IMG/VR virus record: IMGVR_UViG_3300030328_001660
Location: 1-57,086 of that record
Source of the DNA: a virus
Taxonomy: Duplodnaviria; Caudoviricetes
Length of the DNA stretch: 57,086 nt
Strand: one strand, 5' to 3'
Shown here: positions 37,862-46,737 of the stretch, one piece after another
How positions within the stretch are numbered: position 1 is the first letter of the stretch
Layout of the letters: every line of letters begins with the position of its first letter
The notes under the pieces: generated by a model
What the model was told of the DNA's origin: nothing
Databases searched by the model: none
Seen by the model: the letters and a program-made list of their open reading frames with translations, nothing else
Position numbers and translations under genes: made by a program

Positions 37862-38081
37862 TGCCCAAACTTTGGGTGATTCAACTTGGTCTGATTTAGA
37901 AGAAATGAAGGAGGAAGCCTTGACAACCCCTCCTACTATTCATACAATAGGTTATGTATTGTGTAACTGCGATACTCACATCGCACTAACAGAAACAATT
38001 GGCCCAGAAGAATGTGGTCATGTAACTAAAATACCGAAAGGAATGATCGTTGAAGATTACGAACTGTCACCCAACGGATAA
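37839..38081 (+). CDS. Hypothetical phage protein (VxWxDA type)
   Basis: 'KVTWIDA...TIGYV...IPKGMI' pattern seen in small phage proteins. Start uncertain. Confidence 0.6.
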   Translation: MWKVTWIDAQTLGDSTWSDLEEMKEEALTTPPTIHTIGYVLCNCDTHIALTETIGPEECGHVTKIPKGMIVEDYELSPNG

Positions 38082-38451
38082 GTATAGGTATGAACTTAAG
38101 AGCACGCAGTATAGATACTCGGACGGAGACTATATCCTTACTGTTGAAGCTTGCGACGGAGATCTTGAAGTTGCCCATGAGTATGAAGATGAGAAAGTTT
38201 ACCTTGAGGAAAACAATATTGATTTCTGGGTAGGTGCTGTACTCTTTTGGTACGACGCTGACTTGCCAACGACCAAGTTCTTTGGCCCGCAGGTTGATGC
38301 AGTTGCACGGCTGTCACATTACTTGGGCTATGTCCCTGACGAAGAAACTATTAAGACTTACGCTGTTCCTAATAAAGAGGAGTACTATTCTTATAGTGAG
38401 ATGATTGCAAAGCTTGAAGAAGACAACCGAACCGAGGCAGTATATGATTAA
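38050..38451 (+). CDS. Hypothetical protein
   Basis: 133-aa acidic ORF with TTG start after AAAGGA. Confidence 0.55.
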   Translation: MKITNCHPTDKYRYELKSTQYRYSDGDYILTVEACDGDLEVAHEYEDEKVYLEENNIDFWVGAVLFWYDADLPTTKFFGPQVDAVARLSHYLGYVPDEETIKTYAVPNKEEYYSYSEMIAKLEEDNRTEAVYD

Positions 38452-39112
38452 GATTACAGATGGCTGGTCTGTTAATGAGATAGAACCAGTACAGTATGTT
38501 GATAAGATGGGTTCAGATCAAGAGGTATGTAATGCAGCTAGAGTTTCTTTCGATAAGAACGCTAGTAACTATACCGACGAAGAGAACACTAAGCTTATTA
38601 ATTATCTGCATAAGAATGATCATTGGTCTCCGTTCTCCCATTGTTATATGAAGTTTAGATTTAATGCTCCTATGTTTATTGCCCGCCAATTCCAGAAACA
38701 TGTTGTTGGTTTCGCTTGGAATGAAGTATCACGTAGGTATGTGAGCAATCCTCCTATGTTCTTTGTTCCTAAGTCTTGGCGTAAGCGTCCTCCTAATATG
38801 AAGCAGGGTTCTATTCTTAAGGGGCAAGTGCCTCTTAAAGGAGAGATACTAAACAATTATGTAGGCCAAATGCAAGAACATGCTAGAGATTACAAGCATA
38901 TGCTGGAACAAGGTATATGTCCTGAGCAAGCAAGAATGTGTATGCCTCAAAGTATGATGACGCAATGGATTTGGTCAGGTAGTGTTGCTGCTTGGGCTAG
39001 GTTTATTAACCTGAGGTCTGATAGCCACGCTCAAATTGAGTGCCATCAGTACGCAGCAGCTGTTAAGGTTTATCTTGAGTCGCACTTTCCTGAATGTGCG
39101 AAGGTTCTTTAA
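38444..39112 (+). CDS. thyX: Flavin-dependent thymidylate synthase
   Basis: 'NAARVSF', 'HWSPFSH', 'IARQFQKH', 'NEVSRRY', 'PEQARMCMP', 'LRSDSHAQIE'. Start at ATG 38444 after GAGG. Confidence 0.93.
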   Translation: MIKITDGWSVNEIEPVQYVDKMGSDQEVCNAARVSFDKNASNYTDEENTKLINYLHKNDHWSPFSHCYMKFRFNAPMFIARQFQKHVVGFAWNEVSRRYVSNPPMFFVPKSWRKRPPNMKQGSILKGQVPLKGEILNNYVGQMQEHARDYKHMLEQGICPEQARMCMPQSMMTQWIWSGSVAAWARFINLRSDSHAQIECHQYAAAVKVYLESHFPECAKVL

Positions 39113-39691
39113 ATGAAAATGAGAAAGTATGAGTTCCAATTAAGAAGTCTTTTAGAAATAGCTGACAAAATTAATTTAAATAGTAATAGTTCTATGGTTG
39201 AAGTAGGTTGCTACCGTGGCGAAAGCACAAGCATGTGGGCTTCGTTTAATGGTACAGTTTATGCTGTTGATTCTTGGAGAAAAGGGACCGCATTTAATAT
39301 TTGTGATCCCAAGGGATTGTGGCAACGACTAAAGTCTTCTTACCGACAAATCTCTATCAAAGATCTGCTTTGTATTAACTATAAGGTAGAGAAAGATTTT
39401 GATTTGATGGCTGAACAATATGATAACATCAAAAAAATTAAATTAAATAGTAAAGAAGCATCAGATATATTTGGAAAAGAAAGTGTAGACTTTGTTTATC
39501 TGGATGCGATGCACGACTACGACAACGTGAAGGCGGACATTAAAACTTGGCTGCCAAAGATTGTAAATGATGGATGGATAGGTGGTCACGACTATCACCA
39601 GTCTTGGCCCGGCGTAATAGAAGCTGTGGATGAGAAGTTTGGTAAGCCTGATTATTTATTTGAAGATACTAGTTGGTTAAAGAAACTTTAA
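39113..39691 (+). CDS. Class I SAM-dependent methyltransferase (Methyltransf_24-like)
   Basis: 'VEVGCYRGEST', 'YAVDSW', 'DFVYLDAMHDYDNVKADI', 'GWIGGHDY'. Confidence 0.85.
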   Translation: MKMRKYEFQLRSLLEIADKINLNSNSSMVEVGCYRGESTSMWASFNGTVYAVDSWRKGTAFNICDPKGLWQRLKSSYRQISIKDLLCINYKVEKDFDLMAEQYDNIKKIKLNSKEASDIFGKESVDFVYLDAMHDYDNVKADIKTWLPKIVNDGWIGGHDYHQSWPGVIEAVDEKFGKPDYLFEDTSWLKKL

Positions 39692-39697
39692 TACTTA

Positions 39698-39770
39698 GCC
39701 TCTATAGCTCAGTCGGTAGAGCATCGGCCTTTTAAGCCGCTGGTCGCTGGTTCGAGTCCAGCTGGAGGCA
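39698..39770 (+). tRNA. tRNA-Lys(UUU)
   Basis: Acceptor GCCTCTA/TGGAGGC, loop CT-TTT-AA, T-loop TTCGAGT. No encoded CCA. Confidence 0.95.
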
Positions 39771-39772
39771 TC

Positions 39773-39846
39773 GGGCCGGTAGCTTAGCGGTCTAAAGCTA
39801 TCGACTCATAATCGATTGATCGTCGGTTCAAATCCGACCCGGCCCA
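39773..39846 (+). tRNA. tRNA(CAU), probably Ile2 (lysidine type), otherwise elongator Met
   Basis: Acceptor GGGCCGG/CCGGCCC, anticodon arm ATCGA-CTCATAA-TCGAT. Lacks the initiator 3xG-C pairs. Confidence 0.9.
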
Positions 39847-39860
39847 TTGGAGAAAATAAA

Positions 39861-40097
39861 ATGCCTAAGTTTGAATACACTTTTGATATCGAAGAAACGA
39901 CTATCAGACGATGTGAAATTGAAGTAGAAGCGGAGACATTAGAAGCAGCAATGGCTGCCGTAGAAGAGCAAGGTCCTTGGGATTGGGAAGTCCACTATGG
40001 CAAGGAACTTTGGTACGAATGCGATGAAACCTTGGACAATGATCCAAAGAATCCTGAACACTGGGATAAAATATATGAGGAACTTACTGATGTATGA
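39861..40097 (+). CDS. Small acidic hypothetical protein
   Basis: GGAG RBS before ATG 39861; the track start lies within a tRNA. Confidence 0.65.
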   Translation: MPKFEYTFDIEETTIRRCEIEVEAETLEAAMAAVEEQGPWDWEVHYGKELWYECDETLDNDPKNPEHWDKIYEELTDV

Positions 40098-40251
40098 TGA
40101 ATCTTGGGAGGATGATTGGTCTGTTGACATGGCAATTGAAGAATGGCAAATAGAAAAGGATAGAAGGCAGGAAGCTAATTATAATAACCACGCTTGGCGG
40201 AGGGGATATCGTGTGCCAGAAGAAGGAACAGATAATATTCGAGAAGCTTGA
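40090..40251 (+). CDS. Small hypothetical protein
   Basis: GAGGA RBS, overlaps the previous stop. Confidence 0.45.
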   Translation: MYDESWEDDWSVDMAIEEWQIEKDRRQEANYNNHAWRRGYRVPEEGTDNIREA

Positions 40252-40294
40252 AGCTGAAATGAGAACAAACGACGAACATCAAAAGGATGACGCT

Positions 40295-40368
40295 GCCCCG
40301 GTAGCTCAGCTGGATAGAGCAGCTGACTTCTAATCAGCAGGTCGCAGGTTCGAGTCCTGCTCGGGGTG
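40295..40368 (+). tRNA. tRNA-Arg(UCU)
   Basis: Acceptor GCCCCGG/TCGGGGT, anticodon arm GCTGA-CTTCTAA-TCAGC, T arm GCAGG-TTCGAGT-CCTGC. Confidence 0.95.
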
Positions 40369-40370
40369 TT

Positions 40371-40730
40371 ATGAAACTAGAAAAATATATTGATATTGCA
40401 ATGCCTATGGCAGTACAGAGTACAAGGAAAAAGAAACATGTATCTTTAATTATCAGAAAAGGAGAGCTTGTTTCTTTTGGTGTGAACAAAATGAAGACAC
40501 ACCCCCTTGCAAAACGGTACGGTTACAGGTATAATGAAGTACATTCAGAGCTTGATGCTCTATTGAAATACAAAGGACCTAAGGATAAGTTGGTGCTTTT
40601 AAACTTTAGGTTTAATCGGTTTGGTGAAATGCGGATGAGTAAGCCGTGCAAATTATGTATGCCGTGGTGTTCTGCGGTGTTTGATAAGATCATTTATTCT
40701 ACTACCAATGGAATGGTGACTGAACATTAG
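40371..40730 (+). CDS. Zn-dependent cytidine/deoxycytidylate deaminase-fold protein
   Basis: 'VHSELDAL' (HxE) and 'SKPCKLC' (PCxxC). Confidence 0.8.
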   Translation: MKLEKYIDIAMPMAVQSTRKKKHVSLIIRKGELVSFGVNKMKTHPLAKRYGYRYNEVHSELDALLKYKGPKDKLVLLNFRFNRFGEMRMSKPCKLCMPWCSAVFDKIIYSTTNGMVTEH

Positions 40731-40813
40731 GCTCTGTGGCGGAATTGGCATACGCATTAGACTTAAAATCTAACGCCCGAAAGGGATTGAGGGTTCGAGT
40801 CCCTCCGGAGCTA
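40730..40813 (+). tRNA. tRNA-Leu(UAA)
   Basis: Acceptor GGCTCTG/CGGAGCT, anticodon arm TTAGA-CTTAAAA-TCTAA, long variable arm CCC-GAAA-GGG. Confidence 0.95.
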
Positions 40814-40815
40814 TT

Positions 40816-40968
40816 ATGAAATACGCACTGTGGTGCTTAGCCACCAATGGATGGGTCATAGAAGATAACAATCAAGTCGTAACGTACAACTCTGTGGCAG
40901 CAGCCAAGAGGGATTTAAAAGAAAACTTTATTCACCAAGGCTACGAAATAAAAGAGTATAAAGAGTAG
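40816..40968 (+). CDS. Small hypothetical protein (50 aa, not in ORF track)
   Basis: MKYALWCLATNGWVIEDNNQ...EIKEYKE. The GGAG in the tRNA-Leu 3' acceptor strand is positioned as an RBS. Confidence 0.5.
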   Translation: MKYALWCLATNGWVIEDNNQVVTYNSVAAAKRDLKENFIHQGYEIKEYKE

Positions 40969-40989
40969 TCTCAACTTAAAGGAAATATC

Positions 40990-41181
40990 ATGGGTAAGTT
41001 TAAGAACATGGCTTATGGTTGCTGGGAAGAGTGGACTAGCAACAAGACTAATCCGGACTGGGAACAGATCGGAAAGAATAACGGTGTTAGTGCAAAGGCA
41101 GCTAAAGAATATGCCTTGGGATGGGAAGAAGAAATGACCCGGCAAGATCTAGAGGATCGAGAACCGGAGTGGATTGGGTAA
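40990..41181 (+). CDS. Hypothetical protein
   Basis: AAAGGA RBS, 63 aa. Confidence 0.6.
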   Translation: MGKFKNMAYGCWEEWTSNKTNPDWEQIGKNNGVSAKAAKEYALGWEEEMTRQDLEDREPEWIG

Positions 41182-41372
41182 TGGCTCACGGAAAAAAGCG
41201 AAGGCAAGAGGTATCTAAAAAAGATGAAAGGCCCAAGCGAAAACAAACTGAAGAGAAAGGTAGGCAAACAATTAAAGCTAGGTTACGTAATCTAGACAAT
41301 GATAATTGGGAGATGGTGTCAGAGAAATTCATGAAAGGAAACAAACATGAGTCACGAAATGATGGAGAATGA
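41181..41372 (+). CDS. Small basic hypothetical protein
   Basis: TAATG coupling at 41181, Lys/Arg-rich. Confidence 0.5.
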   Translation: MAHGKKRRQEVSKKDERPKRKQTEEKGRQTIKARLRNLDNDNWEMVSEKFMKGNKHESRNDGE

Positions 41373-42330
41373 TTCGGCAGTTTACTTTAAGAACCCAGCA
41401 TGGCATGGGCTTGGTAAGACTGTTGAGAACGCAATTAATGTAGACGAAGCAATGAAGATGGCTGAGCTTAACTGGGAAGTTGATAAGTGGCCGCTGTTTA
41501 CACTTGATGGTGTCCAAGCACACGATTACCGTGGTGTAATGCGTACTGATACAAGAGAAATTATTGGTGTAGTTTCTCCTCGGTATCAGCCGGTTCAAAA
41601 CTGGGAGGCATTCAACCTCGCTAAGTACTTTGGTAGTGACGTTAAGGTTGAGTCAGCTGGCTCTATTCGTAATGGTCGCAATGTTTATCTTCTTCTTAGG
41701 GGAGAGACATTTGACGCAGTGCCAAACGATACGGTACATAAGTACATGGCTTTGTTCTGGGGCCACGATGGTACTGCTTCTCTAACTGTACTGCCTACTT
41801 CTGTTCGGGTTGTTTGCAAGAACACCTTGGCTATGGTCATGGGTCAGGCTAGAGGTACAAGCAACAAGATTTCCATTAGTCATAGTGGAGACATCATGGA
41901 GAAGATGCGTGCTGCTGAAGAAGCAGTAAAGAAGTTCAAGGAAACTGGTAAGATGTTCGAGGAAAAGGTCAAGTACATGGCTAGTTCCAATCCACAAAGA
42001 GAACACATTAGCAGGTTCTTCTTGAATGTGTACGCCCAACTCAATAAGGTTGCGGTTGTACATAACCCAACTTCCGAAAAGGAAGAAGAGATTTACACAA
42101 AGGCTTTGACCACTGTAAGCAAGTGGACTGAGACCTTTGAGCTTGAGTCTCAAGAACTGGGTAACTGGAGTTACTGGACCGCTGCTAACGCAGTAACCAA
42201 TGATATCCAGCATCGAGTTGCTGCAAGAGGAAAGAAAAAGTCCCCCGCTTCTTCCGCTTACAGCAATCTAATCGGGCAGAACGCTACCAATACCAATAAG
42301 GTATTTGATATCGCAATGGCCGAAGTCTGA
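41347..42330 (+). CDS. DUF932-family phage/plasmid protein
   Basis: 'PAWHGLG', 'GVVSPRYQPVQN', 'ESAGSIRNG', 'HDGT', 'VRVVCKNTL' family motifs. Confidence 0.85.
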   Translation: MSHEMMENDSAVYFKNPAWHGLGKTVENAINVDEAMKMAELNWEVDKWPLFTLDGVQAHDYRGVMRTDTREIIGVVSPRYQPVQNWEAFNLAKYFGSDVKVESAGSIRNGRNVYLLLRGETFDAVPNDTVHKYMALFWGHDGTASLTVLPTSVRVVCKNTLAMVMGQARGTSNKISISHSGDIMEKMRAAEEAVKKFKETGKMFEEKVKYMASSNPQREHISRFFLNVYAQLNKVAVVHNPTSEKEEEIYTKALTTVSKWTETFELESQELGNWSYWTAANAVTNDIQHRVAARGKKKSPASSAYSNLIGQNATNTNKVFDIAMAEV

Positions 42331-42399
42331 TCAGACTAGGGATCCCCTCTGGCTAGGCTTAGCGGCCTACCAGAGGGGCCATCCCACATTGGAGATCGC

Positions 42400-42687
42400 A
42401 TGATGCAGAAACACGATCAATTAGGTGGTGGTAATTGGAATGCCCATAAGCCACGGGTATGGAAAAAATTAAGAGAGAAGCATAGGAAACATGCAGCATC
42501 AGGCCGGTCCGGTCCATCAATGCCTGAAGGGCATATACCGCACGGTGGTGCAGGTAAAGGTGACATGAATAGAGTTGTTAACCAAACCAAATATTCTTTA
42601 GGTTTAGATCTTATCCGAATCGCCAAAGAAAAAGGTAAGGATTCTAAGGAATATAAAGAAGCCCTTGAGGCTTGGAGGAACGCTTGA
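42400..42687 (+). CDS. Hypothetical protein
   Basis: GGAG RBS, 'GAGKGDMNR' motif. Confidence 0.6.
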   Translation: MMQKHDQLGGGNWNAHKPRVWKKLREKHRKHAASGRSGPSMPEGHIPHGGAGKGDMNRVVNQTKYSLGLDLIRIAKEKGKDSKEYKEALEAWRNA

Positions 42688-45128
42688 TCTGGCATACGCT
42701 TTCTGAAGAAGAAAAAGATATTCGAGTTAATTCTCAATTAGCTTTTGAAGAAAAGATGTTAGACTACGGTAGAGAAAAATACTGGCGAGAATATAATCGG
42801 TCCCCAGATGAGGGCATACCGGAACAAGAGCTGATAGATACTTCCGTTAAAGAACTAACTGAACTCTATCAAGACTGGATAGACAAAGTATGTAGCTCAC
42901 CTCGCTGTCCCAAGTGGATCTATCCTCTAATAGAATTAGGTGCTAAGAAAATGGCTGACGTTACGTTACGTTCTGTCATTAGGAATTGGTTTTCTAGTTC
43001 TTATTGGGGGTACAACTGGCAATCAAATCAAATAGTTCCTCCATTAGCCCAGAGTGTCTCTAGTCAGATAGCTCAAGACGCATTGGACATTATAAATTTT
43101 CAACGGGCTAAAGATAACAACAGAGAAGACTGGCTAAAGCAATCTAAGTTTGTAAAGAACTGGACCACAAAAAGATGCAAGGCTTTTTCGCAGAAGCTAG
43201 AAGAAAATACTGAGATATCTTTAAAAAACAAACGTGACTTCGGTCACAATATGTTGCGCATAGCTGCCTCGTCTAATGTAATTCGGCTAGTGACGCACAA
43301 AACAAAGAGAGGAAACCTTTACCGAAACTTATTAACGGTAGAGTTCCATCCCTCTGTGTTAAAAGAACTGCACAACAGACATGAGTTTCTTCAGAACAGT
43401 GCTCTAATCTATAGACCTATGATCTCAAGGCCAGTAAGCCATACAAAAGAATACTCAGGCGGGTATATTACTTCGTCAATTAGAAAACCTGTAGTTCAAA
43501 GATACAAATCAAATTTCTTTAGCGATCATACAATTAAACAAAAGTTTTCAGAGCCTTCCAAGGTTGTGCTTGATGGTTTAAATACCATGATGGATACAGA
43601 GTGGTGCGTCAATGAGAAAACTTATGATGTAATGAAGAATTTGTTTGAGAATAATACAGGGCTAGCTAACTTACCTTACTATTCTTTTGAAGAGTTCATG
43701 TATAACGAGCCGTACCCTAAAGACGGAACTAAAGAAGAGAAGGCTATATGGTGTCAGAAGAAAGAAGAAGCTTGGGGTAAGTGGTATAAACAAGAACAAT
43801 CAAGAGGTAGAATGCTGGTTAGATTACAGCTAGCAAAAGATTTAATAGAGTGTGGTTGGTTCTACCATGTCTATACTTGTGACTTCCGTGGCCGTGCTTA
43901 TACAACCTGCGAATTGCTTTCTCCCCAGTCATCTGATACAGACAGAGGATTGATAAAGTTAAAGAACAAAAGAAAGTTAACAGAACGAGGTAGGTACTGG
44001 CAGAAGATTAACTTAGCTAACCTTTTTGATCAAGACAAAATTACTTTTGAAGAAAGAGTGCAGTGGGTAGAGGATAACTGGGATATGTTTGTGCGTATTT
44101 CAAAGGACCCTTATAGTAATAAGGAGTGGATTGATGAAGCCCCAAAGAAAAACAAATCTTTTCAGAGACTATCAGCAATCTTCGACATTACTAGGACTGA
44201 TGGCTATAGTGATATACCTATTAACGTCGATGGTAAATGCAATGGCAATCAGCATTGGTCTGCTATTATGGGAGATAGTAGCATTGCCAAATTAACAGGA
44301 GTCATCCCCTCAGATACTCCGCTTGATTTGTATCAGCATGTTGCGGATAGCACTACCACTCACTGTAAGAAGTTTATAGAAGAAAACTCTTGGTACAAAA
44401 AGTTCCTTAAGTATTGGACAGGAAGAATAGAACGCAAGGTAACTAAGCGTAGTACAATGTGCGAGCCTTATGGCATAACCTTCTACGGAATACAAAGATA
44501 TATAAAAGAAGAAGGACACCTTGACTGGGTGCCAAGAGAACAACGAGGCGGTGCTATAGTTGAGCTTGCCCGTGCTATAAAAGCAAGCCTAGATATATCC
44601 TTGGGAGAACCAAATAAAGGCAAACAATATCTTAAGGATATAGTAGAGGAAGCAAACAAGGTTAATGTACACGTTACTTGGACGACCCCAAGCGGATTCA
44701 AGGTAGTACATTACTATAACAAGCAACAAAAGAAAAGATCTTTAGCTGCTTTGTTTAATAAAAAAGAGTTAGTCTTTTACGTAAGAACAAAAGATGTTAA
44801 CCCTAGAGAAGCTTTGCAAGCTATCTCTCCTAATTTTATACACAGTTTAGATGCTGCTCATATGTTTTTAACTATCGACATGATCAGTAAGTTGTATGGG
44901 ATTATAGATTTGTGCATGATACACGACTCTTACGGTTGTCATGCTAACGATATGGATATTATGAGAGACTGTCTTCGTCATACATTTGTAGATATTCACG
45001 CAGAGAATCAACTGGAAAACTTTAAGATCCAACTTGAAAATCAGTTGGGAATTAGCTTGCCTTCTGTTCCAGAACGTGGTAAACTAGATATAGGTTCAGT
45101 CTTAAGTTCAGAATACTTTTTTGCGTGA
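42672..45128 (+). CDS. T7-type single-subunit DNA-directed RNA polymerase (canonical)
   Basis: 'DFRGRAY', motif A 'DGKCNGNQHWSA', motif B 'RKVTKRSTMCEPYG', 'PNFIHSLDAAH', motif C 'IHDSYG'. 818 aa, TTG start. Confidence 0.96.
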   Translation: MEERLIWHTLSEEEKDIRVNSQLAFEEKMLDYGREKYWREYNRSPDEGIPEQELIDTSVKELTELYQDWIDKVCSSPRCPKWIYPLIELGAKKMADVTLRSVIRNWFSSSYWGYNWQSNQIVPPLAQSVSSQIAQDALDIINFQRAKDNNREDWLKQSKFVKNWTTKRCKAFSQKLEENTEISLKNKRDFGHNMLRIAASSNVIRLVTHKTKRGNLYRNLLTVEFHPSVLKELHNRHEFLQNSALIYRPMISRPVSHTKEYSGGYITSSIRKPVVQRYKSNFFSDHTIKQKFSEPSKVVLDGLNTMMDTEWCVNEKTYDVMKNLFENNTGLANLPYYSFEEFMYNEPYPKDGTKEEKAIWCQKKEEAWGKWYKQEQSRGRMLVRLQLAKDLIECGWFYHVYTCDFRGRAYTTCELLSPQSSDTDRGLIKLKNKRKLTERGRYWQKINLANLFDQDKITFEERVQWVEDNWDMFVRISKDPYSNKEWIDEAPKKNKSFQRLSAIFDITRTDGYSDIPINVDGKCNGNQHWSAIMGDSSIAKLTGVIPSDTPLDLYQHVADSTTTHCKKFIEENSWYKKFLKYWTGRIERKVTKRSTMCEPYGITFYGIQRYIKEEGHLDWVPREQRGGAIVELARAIKASLDISLGEPNKGKQYLKDIVEEANKVNVHVTWTTPSGFKVVHYYNKQQKKRSLAALFNKKELVFYVRTKDVNPREALQAISPNFIHSLDAAHMFLTIDMISKLYGIIDLCMIHDSYGCHANDMDIMRDCLRHTFVDIHAENQLENFKIQLENQLGISLPSVPERGKLDIGSVLSSEYFFA

Positions 45129-45135
45129 GGTAACT

Positions 45136-45363
45136 ATGTTACAAATTGGAATAGAAAGTGAGGCAGACATGGATTTTGCAATTCAACACACTGTCAAGGT
45201 AGCAAAGTCAGACAAGCTAGTAACTAAAAGCTTGACTGTATCTTTCAACAGCGAGGGAATGATGGATATCTTTATGAATAATTTGTTTACGGTTTTTGAA
45301 AAAGAAAACATTCCCGATGATAGCGGGCTACACTTACATTTAATATTACCGGAGGATTGTTAA
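45136..45363 (+). CDS. Hypothetical protein
   Basis: GAGGT RBS before ATG 45136. Confidence 0.6.
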   Translation: MLQIGIESEADMDFAIQHTVKVAKSDKLVTKSLTVSFNSEGMMDIFMNNLFTVFEKENIPDDSGLHLHLILPEDC

Positions 45364-46028
45364 TGAGTAGGGTATTGGTTATTGGTGACTTACATCTTCC
45401 TGCTGAACGTCCAGACTATTTAGACTTCTGCAAAAAGATTAAGAAGAAATACAAAACAGACTCGGTTGTTTTTATTGGTGATGTTATAGATCACCATAGC
45501 ATATCGTTTCACAACAAACATCCCGAAGAAGACTCAGCTGTAGCAGAGTATCACAGGGTTCAAAAGGCATTAAAGAATTGGAAGAAAGCTTTTCCAATAG
45601 CGAAGGTTTGCATAGGCAACCATGACGAAAGAATCCAAAGGCTAAGTGCTAGCGTTGGTATACCTTCTATGTATATGAAACCTTACAAGGAAATATACAG
45701 CACACCGGGATGGGAGTGGGACTATACACATATAGTGGAAGATGTCATGTACACACACGGCACTGGAAACTCTTCCTCGGCTATTGTGCCTGCTTTAAAT
45801 ACAGCTAAGGCGGCAATGGTAAGTGTTGTTAGTGGTCACATTCACTCGGCTGCTGCAATTGCGTGGGCTAAGGGACCGAACAACTCAAAGATTTTTGGAT
45901 TTAATGTACCTTGTGGGGTTGACGAGTCCCACAAAATGATGTATTATGGTAAGAACTTCCTACGTAAGCCAGTCAACGGGGCTGGAGTAGTAATAGATGG
46001 ACATCCTTTTATGGAGATTATGGATTAA
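45363..46028 (+). CDS. Calcineurin-like metallophosphoesterase
   Basis: GDLH, GDVID, GNHD, HG and GHIH motifs in order. Confidence 0.9.
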   Translation: MSRVLVIGDLHLPAERPDYLDFCKKIKKKYKTDSVVFIGDVIDHHSISFHNKHPEEDSAVAEYHRVQKALKNWKKAFPIAKVCIGNHDERIQRLSASVGIPSMYMKPYKEIYSTPGWEWDYTHIVEDVMYTHGTGNSSSAIVPALNTAKAAMVSVVSGHIHSAAAIAWAKGPNNSKIFGFNVPCGVDESHKMMYYGKNFLRKPVNGAGVVIDGHPFMEIMD

Positions 46029-46210
46029 TGGAAACAGTAGAGCAACCAACAGAGAGTGAAGATCGAATTTGGGTTCCTTATGAAGAGCTAAAGAAGTATT
46101 TAGAATCATTAGGAGCAACCCTTAGACAAATGTCAGATAGTATTGAAATGTCTTTGGGTATGATTGAAGAGAACGCGAGAAGTTTAAATGATAACAAAGG
46201 AGATAACTAA
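46028..46210 (+). CDS. Hypothetical protein
   Basis: 60 aa, TAATG-coupled on both sides. Confidence 0.6.
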   Translation: METVEQPTESEDRIWVPYEELKKYLESLGATLRQMSDSIEMSLGMIEENARSLNDNKGDN

Positions 46211-46737
46211 TGGATAAGATTCCAGCATTTACAACTGAAACTGTTAACGTGGTTTGGTCACACCTTCATGCACCTGACGATAAGTTTGGTGAAGATTCGG
46301 CTAACCACAACATTACCATTGAAGTCGATGATGACCTTGCCGCTGTCCTAGACGGGATTAAGGCCAAGGCAAATGCGACAAAGATCAATGGTATGCGTGT
46401 CGATGATGAAGGTCGAAACCTTCTTAAGGTAAAGTCAAAGGCATTCGTTAAGAAGAATGTACACACTTTCCCTTGTCGTGACGCAGAGACCAAGCGAACT
46501 GATGCCGTACCTTTTGGCGGCGACACGGTTCGGCTTCGTCTGTCGCCTGCTGTTCTAAGCAGAGACAACTCTCTCAGTTTTTACTTGAATGGTTGTCAGA
46601 TTATCACCAAGGAAGTGCGTGATACTGGCGGCTTTGAAGCGACTGATGGGTTCAGCGGCGGGGATTATATCCCTCCAACTGAACAGCCTGTCACCAGTGG
46701 TGGAGATGGTGAAGGAAATTCGGACATTCCCTTCTAA
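46210..46737 (+). CDS. Single-stranded DNA-binding protein (T7 gp2.5-like)
   Basis: 'HLHAPDDKFG', 'LSFYLNGCQII', acidic tail ending DIPF. Replication-module position. Confidence 0.8.
   Translation: MDKIPAFTTETVNVVWSHLHAPDDKFGEDSANHNITIEVDDDLAAVLDGIKAKANATKINGMRVDDEGRNLLKVKSKAFVKKNVHTFPCRDAETKRTDAVPFGGDTVRLRLSPAVLSRDNSLSFYLNGCQIITKEVRDTGGFEATDGFSGGDYIPPTEQPVTSGGDGEGNSDIPF

Noticed and set aside
42345-42378. GC-rich hairpin after the DUF932 gene as an intrinsic terminator
   Set aside because: The stem CCCTCTGG/CCAGAGGG is real but has no U tract, so no terminator call is made. It may be a processing site.
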